Assembly (NCBI GenBank): GCA_964371255.1
Contig: CAYJKV010000001.1
Span: 32,573 to 96,572 of the forward strand
Length of the DNA stretch: 64,000 nucleotides
From: an uncultured Candidatus Saccharibacteria bacterium
Lineage (GTDB): Bacteria; Patescibacteriota; Andersenbacteria; UBA10190
Reading direction: 5' to 3'
Both the position numbers and the translations under genes were made by a program. This document shows, one piece after another, positions 10,093-18,637 of the stretch. Numbering within the stretch: position 1 is the stretch's first letter; each line of letters begins with the position of its first letter. The notes beneath the pieces are model-generated. The model did not search any database. It was not told the DNA's origin and was given only the letters and a program-made list of their open reading frames with translations.

Positions 10093-10202
10093 CGAAAGGA
10101 GCGGTAAAAACTAATAAACACAAATCATCCCATTAATGATGGGTGTGATTAGCGTTAAATTGGCAGAGAAGGTGTAATAATAAGTGTCTGCTCAAGCTTG
10201 GG

Positions 10203-11300
10203 GTGGTAAGAACAGATAGATTGTTTTATGGTGAGATGACTATGTTCAATAACTCGATCAAAGAAAAATTACCAGAATTATTAGCGGAACTAGAGAAGCA
10301 GCCGCTACGGGTATGTGTTGAGCCAACCAATGCATGTAACGCGTTGTGTTCTTTTTGCGCGAACAAAGATTGCAAGCGTGAGCGCAAGATTATGAATTTT
10401 GAGCAGTACAAAAAAACCTTAGCACAAATTATGGAGACGGGCAGTAAGGAGCTAAAGTTCACACCAATTATCGGTGATCCGTTCGTAGACCCGGGTTTTT
10501 TAGAAAAGGTTAAATATGCTAAATCGCTTAATTATTTCGAAGTAATATACACGTTTTCCAACATGATTGGAGCTAGTTATGAAAAAGCGGACGAGATAGT
10601 TAATAGCGGCTTAACTCAGTTGATGATATCGACTTGTTTACAGGGCCGGGAAGATTATAAGCGCATCTACGGGGTTGATCGATTTGATCAAGCCATGAAA
10701 AATATTTTGACACTACTGGAAGCGAATCATAAATTTGGCAACCCGCTAGACATCAGCCTTTGGTTAAGGCATGACAAGGGCTTTAATTTAAAAGCCAGTC
10801 CTTTCTATCAGAAAATGCTGCGGTATACTAGTAAGATTAATGTGCTTAATGACGATTATGACAACTGGTCCGGCAAAGTTAAGGAAGAGGATTTACCGAA
10901 AGGCCAGAAGTTCAAGAAGAAAAAAGACAATACTTGGCCGTGCGCGCAATACTACAATGGTTTAGTGGTCGGCCCCTCTGGAGAAGTGGGAATGTGTTGG
11001 GCGAGAGATACTGACTTTGAGCTACTGGTGGGCAACATTAACGATCAGAATTTTAAAGAAATATGGCAGGGCGAAAAAGTGCAGGGATTACGTCAACAGT
11101 GGTTAGCTGGGAAGATACCTTATCCCTGCAGCGACTGCTTGCAGTATTGTTCAGTGCTAGAGCACTCACTCGTGCAAAAATATATTTTAAGACACCTGTG
11201 GAAATATCCACAGTTTTTGCCCCAGGTCGCCCGGTCGAAGTGGCTGGCGCTAGTGGAAAGAGTCTTAGGGATGTGGCGACAATGGCGGCAGATTGGCTAA
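10203..11300 (+). CDS. Radical SAM enzyme with a C-terminal SPASM/twitch-type auxiliary Fe-S domain.
   Basis: CNALCSFC (Cx3Cx2C) near the N-terminus. C-terminal cysteine array WPCAQYY...GMCW...YPCSDCLQYC typical of SPASM. Confidence 0.75.
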   Translation: MVRTDRLFYGEMTMFNNSIKEKLPELLAELEKQPLRVCVEPTNACNALCSFCANKDCKRERKIMNFEQYKKTLAQIMETGSKELKFTPIIGDPFVDPGFLEKVKYAKSLNYFEVIYTFSNMIGASYEKADEIVNSGLTQLMISTCLQGREDYKRIYGVDRFDQAMKNILTLLEANHKFGNPLDISLWLRHDKGFNLKASPFYQKMLRYTSKINVLNDDYDNWSGKVKEEDLPKGQKFKKKKDNTWPCAQYYNGLVVGPSGEVGMCWARDTDFELLVGNINDQNFKEIWQGEKVQGLRQQWLAGKIPYPCSDCLQYCSVLEHSLVQKYILRHLWKYPQFLPQVARSKWLALVERVLGMWRQWRQIG

Positions 11301-11331
11301 CTGTTAAGGAAGATTATTAATATATTTATAT

Positions 11332-11724
11332 ATGAAAGGCTATATCGCTAATATTGAGCAGGAAACAATTAATAATAAAGATTACCGCCGGATTTTATAT
11401 ACCGGACGATATACTCAGCTAGTTGTAATGAGTTTGCAAGCTGGTGAAGAAATCGGGAACGAGATGCATGGGCTAGATCAGTTTATACGCATTGAAGAAG
11501 GTCAAGCGAAGGTGGTACTGAATAACGGCGAAACGGTGAAAGATCTTAAAAACGACTGGATGGTTATTGTGCCAGCCGGAACGTGGCATAATATAATTAA
11601 CACTGGCAAGGAACCGCTGAAACTTTATACTTTGTATTCACCACCTGAACACAGGAAAGATGTAGTACAGGCCACCAAGGCTGATGAGAAAGAAGAACAT
11701 TTTGACGGACAGACCACTGAATAA
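11332..11724 (+). CDS. Small cupin-domain protein.
   Basis: 130 aa; G-x5-H-x-H-like motif region EMHGLDQF...VPAGTWHNIINTG. Confidence 0.6.
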   Translation: MKGYIANIEQETINNKDYRRILYTGRYTQLVVMSLQAGEEIGNEMHGLDQFIRIEEGQAKVVLNNGETVKDLKNDWMVIVPAGTWHNIINTGKEPLKLYTLYSPPEHRKDVVQATKADEKEEHFDGQTTE

Positions 11725-11901
11725 AAACTGAGATGGGTGTGTTGGGAAATCTAGGGTAAAAAATATAGGACTAGAAAAATACTGAAACTGAAAAGTTTAC
11801 GCGCTCGCTATTGATCGGAATACTAGTAGCTAGTTAAGGATTGGTGGCTGAAAGGTTTTTTGCAGCAAACAATGGTCTGCTAGGGGTATACTAAAAAGAT
11901 A

Positions 11902-13119
11902 ATGACCAGACGGATAATTGGTAGGGCGATAATAGGCGGAGTGGTTGCGCTAATAGTGTTAGTGTCAGTGGCGCTGTGGTTTGCGTGGGATGGTCTGGCG
12001 GTAGAGAGGTGGATAACAAAAATGAGTCCGGATTTAATGGCCTGTGGGGTAGAAATGGTGCTGTTCAGCGAATGGCCAGCGGACAAGGATAAAGTATCGG
12101 CGATAACACCATTAGGTAGCATGGAGCCTGAAAGCGGAATGGTGTTTCCTCGTGATCGCCTGTTGTGGCATACGGGGGGTAAGGGTGGAGCGAACAACGG
12201 TGATCAGTCGATGCCCGTACAGATAGTGGCACCGGGTAATGGGTGGATAACTAAAGTCGAGGAGATTGAGTGGTGGTCTGGTAACAAAATGACAGAGCGG
12301 GATTTTGTGCTTTATTTTTCCCCCTGTCGAGAAGTGGAAGCTAAATTCAGTCACATACAAATGCTGGCTACCAATATCGATGAGCAGACGAAAGGGATGT
12401 GGAGTGAACAAGTTAGTGATCAGGCAGGTGCGGTAACTGTTCGATCAAGAGAGGCAAAAGTCAAGATTGCAGTGCGGGCAGGGGAGGGTATGGGTCGAGT
12501 TGGTGGAACAGAGCGCTCCCAGGCTTTTGATTGGGGTATGACAGACGAGAGAGGCAAAACCTTTAATCTTGCGAGTGCAACGCCTAAGGAATATCAAGCA
12601 GATTACACAGTTTGCCCGTTGGATTACTACGGGGGAGGGGTGCGGCGAGAATTGGAGAAATTGTTGGGAGATGGTCAAAAAACTAGAGAAATCATGCCGG
12701 TTTGTGGCTGGATAGACAAAAATATCGTGGGCACTTTGCAAGGCAGGTGGCGAGCAGAAAAGACGGCCCCGGGCGTGGGGGAGGATCAGCATGTGGCACT
12801 GGTGCATGATGAGATTGAGCCGCAGAAGCCTGTAATTAGCATGGGGACATCACTGCGGAAGAGCGGTTTGAAGGCCGGCTTGTATTATTTTCAAACAATG
12901 GAGACGGGCTATGTAAACAGAGATTTTGGCACGGTGACGGAGCAGGGGCAAGTTTATTGTTATCAGGGGATACGCGATGACCGGGGACAAATCGTACAAA
13001 GAATCGTGTTAATTGAACTGGTGGACGATAAATCTCTGCGCATGGAAGCGAGGCCGGGTTTTAGCTGTGCGGCCAATAATTATAATTTTTCTGACAGGAT
13101 GACAGCTTTTGAGCGTTAA
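11902..13119 (+). CDS. Hypothetical membrane-anchored protein (N-terminal TM, ~370-aa soluble domain), immediately upstream of the hydrogenase small subunit.
   Basis: TM segment IIGGVVALIVLVSVALWFAW. No family recognised. Only a 5-nt gap to the next gene. Confidence 0.4.
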   Translation: MTRRIIGRAIIGGVVALIVLVSVALWFAWDGLAVERWITKMSPDLMACGVEMVLFSEWPADKDKVSAITPLGSMEPESGMVFPRDRLLWHTGGKGGANNGDQSMPVQIVAPGNGWITKVEEIEWWSGNKMTERDFVLYFSPCREVEAKFSHIQMLATNIDEQTKGMWSEQVSDQAGAVTVRSREAKVKIAVRAGEGMGRVGGTERSQAFDWGMTDERGKTFNLASATPKEYQADYTVCPLDYYGGGVRRELEKLLGDGQKTREIMPVCGWIDKNIVGTLQGRWRAEKTAPGVGEDQHVALVHDEIEPQKPVISMGTSLRKSGLKAGLYYFQTMETGYVNRDFGTVTEQGQVYCYQGIRDDRGQIVQRIVLIELVDDKSLRMEARPGFSCAANNYNFSDRMTAFER

Positions 13120-13124
13120 CAGGC

Positions 13125-13646
13125 TTGGATAAATTTTATGTTATGATAGGGCACATGAAGGAACAAACCAAAAAATTGCGGGTGGGATGGTTTACCTTCA
13201 CTTGCTGTGAGGATTCGACAATAGTTTTTACAGAAGTTTTAAATGATTATTGGCAGGAATGGCGCAAGCGCATTGATTTTGTGCACGCGAGGATTTTGCA
13301 GGCAAAAAACTCGGAGGGGGAGTTAGATGTAGCATTTATTGAAGGGGCAATTTCCTCGGCAGAACAAAAGCAAAGATTAGAGAAGATTAGAAAGCAAGCG
13401 CAGTGGGTGGTGGCCGTGGGATCATGTGCGGTGGTGGGTATGCCCTCGGCGCAGCGTAACCAATTTGACGAAAAAACTAAACAAGAAATTGGCTTTATTT
13501 TAGAAAGATTTCATCACTTAGAGCACGTCATGTCTGTCAAGGACGTGGTCAAGGTGGAAGCGGAGTTGCCAGGTTGTCCGATGGATCCGAAGCAGTTTGT
13601 GGCGGTGGTCAATAAGGCGCTGGAGCATTTTGGCGTTGTTTCTTAA
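13125..13646 (+). CDS. [NiFe]-hydrogenase small subunit, NuoB/HoxY-like, with only the proximal [4Fe-4S] cluster.
   Basis: Four-Cys pattern FTCCEDS ... VGSCAVVG ... PGCPMDP (NuoB/Oxidored_q6 signature). No Tat signal. 173 aa. Confidence 0.75.
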   Translation: MDKFYVMIGHMKEQTKKLRVGWFTFTCCEDSTIVFTEVLNDYWQEWRKRIDFVHARILQAKNSEGELDVAFIEGAISSAEQKQRLEKIRKQAQWVVAVGSCAVVGMPSAQRNQFDEKTKQEIGFILERFHHLEHVMSVKDVVKVEAELPGCPMDPKQFVAVVNKALEHFGVVS

Positions 13647-13660
13647 AGCAAAGCACTAAT

Positions 13661-14956
13661 ATGCATACGATAGATTTAGACTTGTCCTTGGATGAGGTGA
13701 CAAAAGTGGAAGGAGCAGCAAAATTAGCAGTGAAGGTTCGCCGAGGCAAGGTTGAAAAATGCACTTTCGCGATTACTGAATATAAAAGATTTTACACGCA
13801 GGCCATGCGGGGAAAAATGTATAAGTCACTGCCGCAGCTGCTAATGAGGATTTGCGGTACTTGTTCTAACGCTCACCTGCTGGCTTCCATTGAGTCTTGT
13901 GAAAAGGCGCTGGGATATGACGTATCAGGACAAACTAAGATTATGAAGAATTTGACGGTAGATGGTTTATTAATTCGGGATCACGCGTTACATCTGTATT
14001 TATTCGCTTTGCCAGATCTGTATGGCAAGGACAATTTCCTGTCTTTAGACGACCAGGACGAGGAGCAACACCAGCATCTGCATGATGCTTTCGCCATCAA
14101 AGCAGCAGGGAATTATTTAGCGCAAATTATTGCTGGCCGCAGCGTCCACGCGATCAATCCGGTGATTGGCGGTTTTCTAAAAGTACCGTTGCAGGAAGAA
14201 GTAGATGAAGCAATTCGGTCGTTGGTTGAGATCAGGCCGGCGGTGCTGCGGTTAATTAATACGTTTGCCAAGTGTGACTGGCATTTTGATCGGCAGACTA
14301 ATTATATGGCGTTAGTGAGCAATCCCTATGGCTATTTGGAAGGACAAATTAAAGACAATCATGGCAAGGTTATTCCGGAAGATCTATACCGTGATCATCT
14401 GGAACGGGTGGTACTGCCTTACTCCCAAGCGTCTGGCTATACGTATCAGGGGGAGTCTTTTATGGTGGGAGCGCTGGCCCGAATGAATTTGTCCAAAGAA
14501 ACATTGCACGCAGACACTAAAAAGGATGCGGCTAAAGCGTTAGAAAGGTTTCCGTCCACTAATATTTATGACAATAACCTGGCTCAGGCGATTGAGATAT
14601 TAAATGCCATGGACACGGCCGAGTATCTGCTTAGAACAACTAAGTTTAAAGCAGAGAAACCAGCCGAACCGACAAAAAAAGAGGGTGTAGGCGTGGGGGT
14701 AGTGGAAGCACCAAGGGGGACATTATATCATCGGGTTGAAATTGAGACGGATGGCAAAGTGTCGCAAGGCACTATCGTCGTACCAACCGGGCAGAATCAG
14801 ATCAATATCGAACAGGACTTAGCGAGTGTAGCTGAGCAGAAGATAAGCGAGGGGAAAAACAAGGATGAAATTCAATTTGAGATGGAAAAACTGATCCGAG
14901 CTTATGATCCGTGCATGAGCTGCGCGGCGCATTTTTTGGAAGTTAAATGGAACTGA
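13661..14956 (+). CDS. [NiFe]-hydrogenase large (catalytic) subunit.
   Basis: N-terminal L1 motif RICGTCSNAH (RxCGxCxxxH) and C-terminal L2 motif DPCMSCAAH (DPCxxCxxH). 431 aa. Confidence 0.9.
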   Translation: MHTIDLDLSLDEVTKVEGAAKLAVKVRRGKVEKCTFAITEYKRFYTQAMRGKMYKSLPQLLMRICGTCSNAHLLASIESCEKALGYDVSGQTKIMKNLTVDGLLIRDHALHLYLFALPDLYGKDNFLSLDDQDEEQHQHLHDAFAIKAAGNYLAQIIAGRSVHAINPVIGGFLKVPLQEEVDEAIRSLVEIRPAVLRLINTFAKCDWHFDRQTNYMALVSNPYGYLEGQIKDNHGKVIPEDLYRDHLERVVLPYSQASGYTYQGESFMVGALARMNLSKETLHADTKKDAAKALERFPSTNIYDNNLAQAIEILNAMDTAEYLLRTTKFKAEKPAEPTKKEGVGVGVVEAPRGTLYHRVEIETDGKVSQGTIVVPTGQNQINIEQDLASVAEQKISEGKNKDEIQFEMEKLIRAYDPCMSCAAHFLEVKWN

Positions 14957-15332
14957 CTTGATTGAGCTTTCTAATGACAGCAGCTAGAGCTGCTGGCGGG
15001 GTGATGCGGACTGGTAGACCAATAATTATAAACGGTGGCAGGCGGTTTAACTTGGCGAGCCAACGTAAGTTAGTGATCAGGTCGAAGTCATGGAGCGTGA
15101 CGCGGGGGGAAAGCTTGAAAGCGTCGAGCGATCGAAAAGTCTGAGGAGATTTCAGGCCTTTAATAGTATCGATGATTATCAGCCGCGAGGGTAGGGTCCA
15201 TTCTTCGTGAGGGTCCTTAACAATGAACTCAAATTGAGGAAGTTTTTGTTGGAGGGTTGGCAGAATGCGCAGGGGTAAAGCGTCGGGGGGGAAGTCGGGA
15301 TTACCGAAGACCCAAACTGGTTGCCGTTTCAT
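14943..15332 (-). CDS. Hydrogenase maturation endopeptidase (HycI/HybD family).
   Basis: VFGNPDFPPDALPLRI near the N-terminus and TLHDFDL; 129 aa. Convergent with the large subunit. Confidence 0.7.
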   Translation of the reverse strand: MKRQPVWVFGNPDFPPDALPLRILPTLQQKLPQFEFIVKDPHEEWTLPSRLIIIDTIKGLKSPQTFRSLDAFKLSPRVTLHDFDLITNLRWLAKLNRLPPFIIIGLPVRITPPAALAAVIRKLNQVSSI

Positions 15333-15382
15333 AATGATTTAAACTCCCGATGTCCACACCTGGTGTGGACATCGGGAAGGGA

Positions 15383-16150
15383 TTAGAGGGTTTGGTTAGC
15401 GAGGTTAATTGATAAGGCTGTGTATTTCTTGAGGTTAGCTAGTTGGCGGGCAGAAATGATATCGCAAGGCGTATCCCAGTGTAAGGATATAATATCGTTG
15501 ACTTGCAGGCGGTCGAAGGTGGGGAGGGCAGTAAAGGGACGGACTATTTGCTGAGTAATAGCGGTGCCGAGAGATAGTTTTTGGTGATGCAGAGTTAATG
15601 GTTGGCGAGTAATAGTTAGCAGCGGACCATTGATGGCCGTTACTTGTCCCCAAGAAATGAGACACTGATCGAGGCTAGCTAATGTGTGGTCGACGTTATG
15701 ATGGCCAGTACGGCGCCAGACATTTAAGACATGAAAGGAATGATGCATGAGCGCACCCCGCGTGAGTTTGTCTTTAAGGCGATCCATGGCTGGACCGGAG
15801 GGGAGGGGCCGGAGATGGTTTGTAATATGTCGATAAAAAGTTTTGGCGGGAATCGTGTCGAGCAAGTGGTTGCCCAGCCAGTAAGCTTCAACGACGCGGT
15901 AATCAAATGGGTCTTTGATATGATTAGCGGCGGCAATTTGCTGGAGGTAAGGAAAAAGGGTCTGAAATTTGGCAACGATATTGGTGAGTCCGGAATCGAC
16001 AGCTCCAGCGTTGATGTAGCTTAATACTTCCTGGTTCATATCCGGTCCGCAGAGGTGGAGACGGTTCGGACCAAAAGCATAACGCGTGCAAACGGCTACA
16101 CCGTCGCGGACCGGCTGATGGCGCGAAGAGACAGCCTGTCTTGCGATCAT
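15383..16150 (-). CDS. Hypothetical protein (255 aa, His-rich), overlapping by 4 nt with (and so probably co-transcribed with) the upstream DMT transporter gene.
   Basis: ORF with no recognised family. HHSFHV, HH, HH clusters. Confidence 0.4.
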   Translation of the reverse strand: MIARQAVSSRHQPVRDGVAVCTRYAFGPNRLHLCGPDMNQEVLSYINAGAVDSGLTNIVAKFQTLFPYLQQIAAANHIKDPFDYRVVEAYWLGNHLLDTIPAKTFYRHITNHLRPLPSGPAMDRLKDKLTRGALMHHSFHVLNVWRRTGHHNVDHTLASLDQCLISWGQVTAINGPLLTITRQPLTLHHQKLSLGTAITQQIVRPFTALPTFDRLQVNDIISLHWDTPCDIISARQLANLKKYTALSINLANQTL

Positions 16151-17070
16151 GGGTGCGGCGAATAATCAGGTTGGGGGCGATGATGAGCGGGTAAATTACC
16201 AGCGCGGGAAATAATAAGGATGGTGCCTAGACTGATCAGGGCGGTGCTTAGCAACTGCAGGGACGGAAAAGTGTGAGTGATGAAAATGGCAGTGAGGATG
16301 TTGGTGACAAGAGTGGCTGGTACTAGCAGGCTGGCGACTAATACGGCTGGAGCATACTTAAGGGCGGTGTACCAGGTGACGACGTAGCCGGTAAGCAATA
16401 GGCCGGTGAGAATAGTCCAACTCCATTGCGCGGGCGAGAGAGTGAGAATGACGCTGGTTTTGTGTTGAGCAATTAGCACTAGACTGATGACAATGGAGCC
16501 AATTAACATGCGGGTGCTGGCGACCAATAAACTGGAGCAACTATTTAATACTTTCTTGGATATGATATTTTCAATCGCCCACAGCAGGGTGGCGCCGAGA
16601 ACCATAAATTCACCAATGTGACCGGTAAAGCGCGGGATGCCAAATAGTCCTAAGTTACCGATTAGTAATAAACACAGGGCGCCCAGTTGCAGCCAGCTAA
16701 TCTTTTCCTTAAGGAAGGGTACGGCGAGCAGGGCAACCCAGAGAAAAAGTGTCTTATGAATAAAAGCTGCCTGGGCGACCGGAATGAGCGATAGGCCAGT
16801 AAAGAAAAGAATAAAAGGAACTCCACCGCCCAATATACCGATAAATAGCAGCTGAATAATTTGTGGTTTTCGCAGGAGTTTAATTTCGCGCCAGCGACTG
16901 GTGATTAAAATAGCACTGAGTAGTAAAAGGACTGTAATGGCATTTTTAAGGAAGGTGAAGACTATTGGATCCGCAACGGTTGTGACTGCGATCTTGGATA
17001 AAAAATTGTTGGTTCCGGAAATGAAAGCCGTTACCAGACCTAAGATTATGGCAAGCTTTAGTTTGGTCAT
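16147..17070 (-). CDS. EamA/DMT-superfamily transporter (10 TM).
   Basis: Two EamA-like halves; 307 aa, highly hydrophobic. Confidence 0.75.
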   Translation of the reverse strand: MTKLKLAIILGLVTAFISGTNNFLSKIAVTTVADPIVFTFLKNAITVLLLLSAILITSRWREIKLLRKPQIIQLLFIGILGGGVPFILFFTGLSLIPVAQAAFIHKTLFLWVALLAVPFLKEKISWLQLGALCLLLIGNLGLFGIPRFTGHIGEFMVLGATLLWAIENIISKKVLNSCSSLLVASTRMLIGSIVISLVLIAQHKTSVILTLSPAQWSWTILTGLLLTGYVVTWYTALKYAPAVLVASLLVPATLVTNILTAIFITHTFPSLQLLSTALISLGTILIISRAGNLPAHHRPQPDYSPHP

Positions 17071-17076
17071 AGAAGC

Positions 17077-18315
17077 CTAGGTGGGAATAAGCTTATTGAG
17101 GTCAAAATTAGAATCGGCTAGCTCAGATTTTTTATCGGCAATGTTTGTATTACTAGCGATTATTTTGCTAATGGCTTGCAGGATAGGTGTTTGGTTGATT
17201 AAGACGGCACCGACCACTTGATCGCTGACGGTAATAATTTGAGCGTGCTGGTTGGCGGATAGTCCGTGGCGAATGATGGTCGAAATCGTCTTTTGCGGAC
17301 TGACGTTGCCAATAAAGGTAATAGAAGTATCGAAGCCGTGAGAAGTATAAAAAGAGACGAAGGTGAAGGGTGTTTTAGCGCCTAACATATTCAAACCGGC
17401 GATCCGGCCTTGCTCTTGGGCGTTAACCCAGTTACCGAGTTGCACCTCTTCTTCGAGAATCGGATCAGAAAATTGTGATACGTCGCCGGCGGTCCAAACG
17501 TCTGGCAGATTAGTTTGCAAGTGTTGGTCAGCGAGGATGCCACGGTCTATTTTAATACCTGAATCCTTGACCCAATCAATATTACAACAGGCACCGATCC
17601 CGCAAATAACTGCATCACAGGGAATGGAAGTGCCGTCCTGCAAAGTGACCCCGGTCACATTAATGTTGCCATCGATATGAGTGACCTGAGCGCGTCGGAT
17701 CATTTTAACTCCGTTTTGTTCAATAGCTTGTTCAACGATCTGACTGGCGGTCTCATCCAGGATGGATTCCCAAAACCGGTTTTCCCGGATGATAATAGTT
17801 ACCTCTGCCCCGGACATACGCATAATATTGGCCATTTCAAAACTGATAAAACCGCCACCCACGGCCACGGCACGCTTAACTGTGCTAACCGATTCAATAA
17901 TTCCTTTGCCTTGGTCAAGGGTGCGCAGATAATGGACCCCGCGTTTTTCAATACCAGGCACGGCGAGGGGTCGAGGCGATGTGCCCGTGGCTAAGAGTAG
18001 CTTGTCGTACTTAATACCAGAATTGTCGTCCAGATGGATCAGCTTGTCTTGGTGGTCTAAGCTAGTAACGGTTCGGCCGCCGATAAAAGTGATGTTTTTG
18101 TCTTGATACCAGTTCTCATCGCGCAACCAAATTTGGTCAAAAGGAATTTTTCCCAGAAAAAAATTGGGTTTCGACAGCATGATGCGGGAATACAGGTAGT
18201 GCGGCTCGTCGCTAATAATCGCTATAGTGCCGGTGGAGTCATGTTGACGAATAGTACCGGCCGCGGTAGTGCCGGCCACACCGCCTCCGACAATTACATA
18301 TTTATATTCCGGCAT
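17077..18315 (-). CDS. FAD-dependent pyridine nucleotide-disulfide oxidoreductase, ferredoxin/rubredoxin-reductase-like.
   Basis: N-terminal GxGxxG VIVGGGVAGTTAA; second NAD(P) fold VAVGGGFISFEMA; 412 aa. Confidence 0.8.
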   Translation of the reverse strand: MPEYKYVIVGGGVAGTTAAGTIRQHDSTGTIAIISDEPHYLYSRIMLSKPNFFLGKIPFDQIWLRDENWYQDKNITFIGGRTVTSLDHQDKLIHLDDNSGIKYDKLLLATGTSPRPLAVPGIEKRGVHYLRTLDQGKGIIESVSTVKRAVAVGGGFISFEMANIMRMSGAEVTIIIRENRFWESILDETASQIVEQAIEQNGVKMIRRAQVTHIDGNINVTGVTLQDGTSIPCDAVICGIGACCNIDWVKDSGIKIDRGILADQHLQTNLPDVWTAGDVSQFSDPILEEEVQLGNWVNAQEQGRIAGLNMLGAKTPFTFVSFYTSHGFDTSITFIGNVSPQKTISTIIRHGLSANQHAQIITVSDQVVGAVLINQTPILQAISKIIASNTNIADKKSELADSNFDLNKLIPT

Positions 18316-18318
18316 GGA

Positions 18319-18573
18319 TTAACTAACTAGTTGGCCATCCTTGTCGTAGAGGGATATGGCCTTGGTGGGGCAGGCTTGGGCCGAGGCAATTAAAGCGTCA
18401 TCATCAGGCGCATTGGCGTCCTTAACAACAACCTTATTCTCGTTGTCCATTTCATAAGCAGCTGCAACCGGTGCCAGGCATGATTGAGCACCAATACACA
18501 AGTCGCGGTCGACGACGATCTTGGCGATTTTTGAACCTGCTTTATTGCGTAGATATTCTATTTGGTTGGACAT
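18319..18573 (-). CDS. Small single-cluster ferredoxin. Start assigned to the internal ATG (MSNQIEY...).
   Basis: VVDRDLCIGAQSCLAPV ... ACPTKAI pattern of single-[3Fe/4Fe-4S] ferredoxins. Directly downstream of the oxidoreductase. Confidence 0.7.
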   Translation of the reverse strand: MSNQIEYLRNKAGSKIAKIVVDRDLCIGAQSCLAPVAAAYEMDNENKVVVKDANAPDDDALIASAQACPTKAISLYDKDGQLVS

Positions 18574-18637
18574 AAAAAAATAATGAAAGATAAATAGGGT
18601 TGCGTTTAAATATATTATAGCCATAGTAGTAAAGTAT

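Noticed and set aside
11063-11320. 85-aa plus-strand ORF overlapping the 3' end of the radical SAM gene in another frame.
   Set aside because: It is fully overlapped by the rSAM/SPASM frame, which carries the conserved C-terminal Cys array. There is no independent support.
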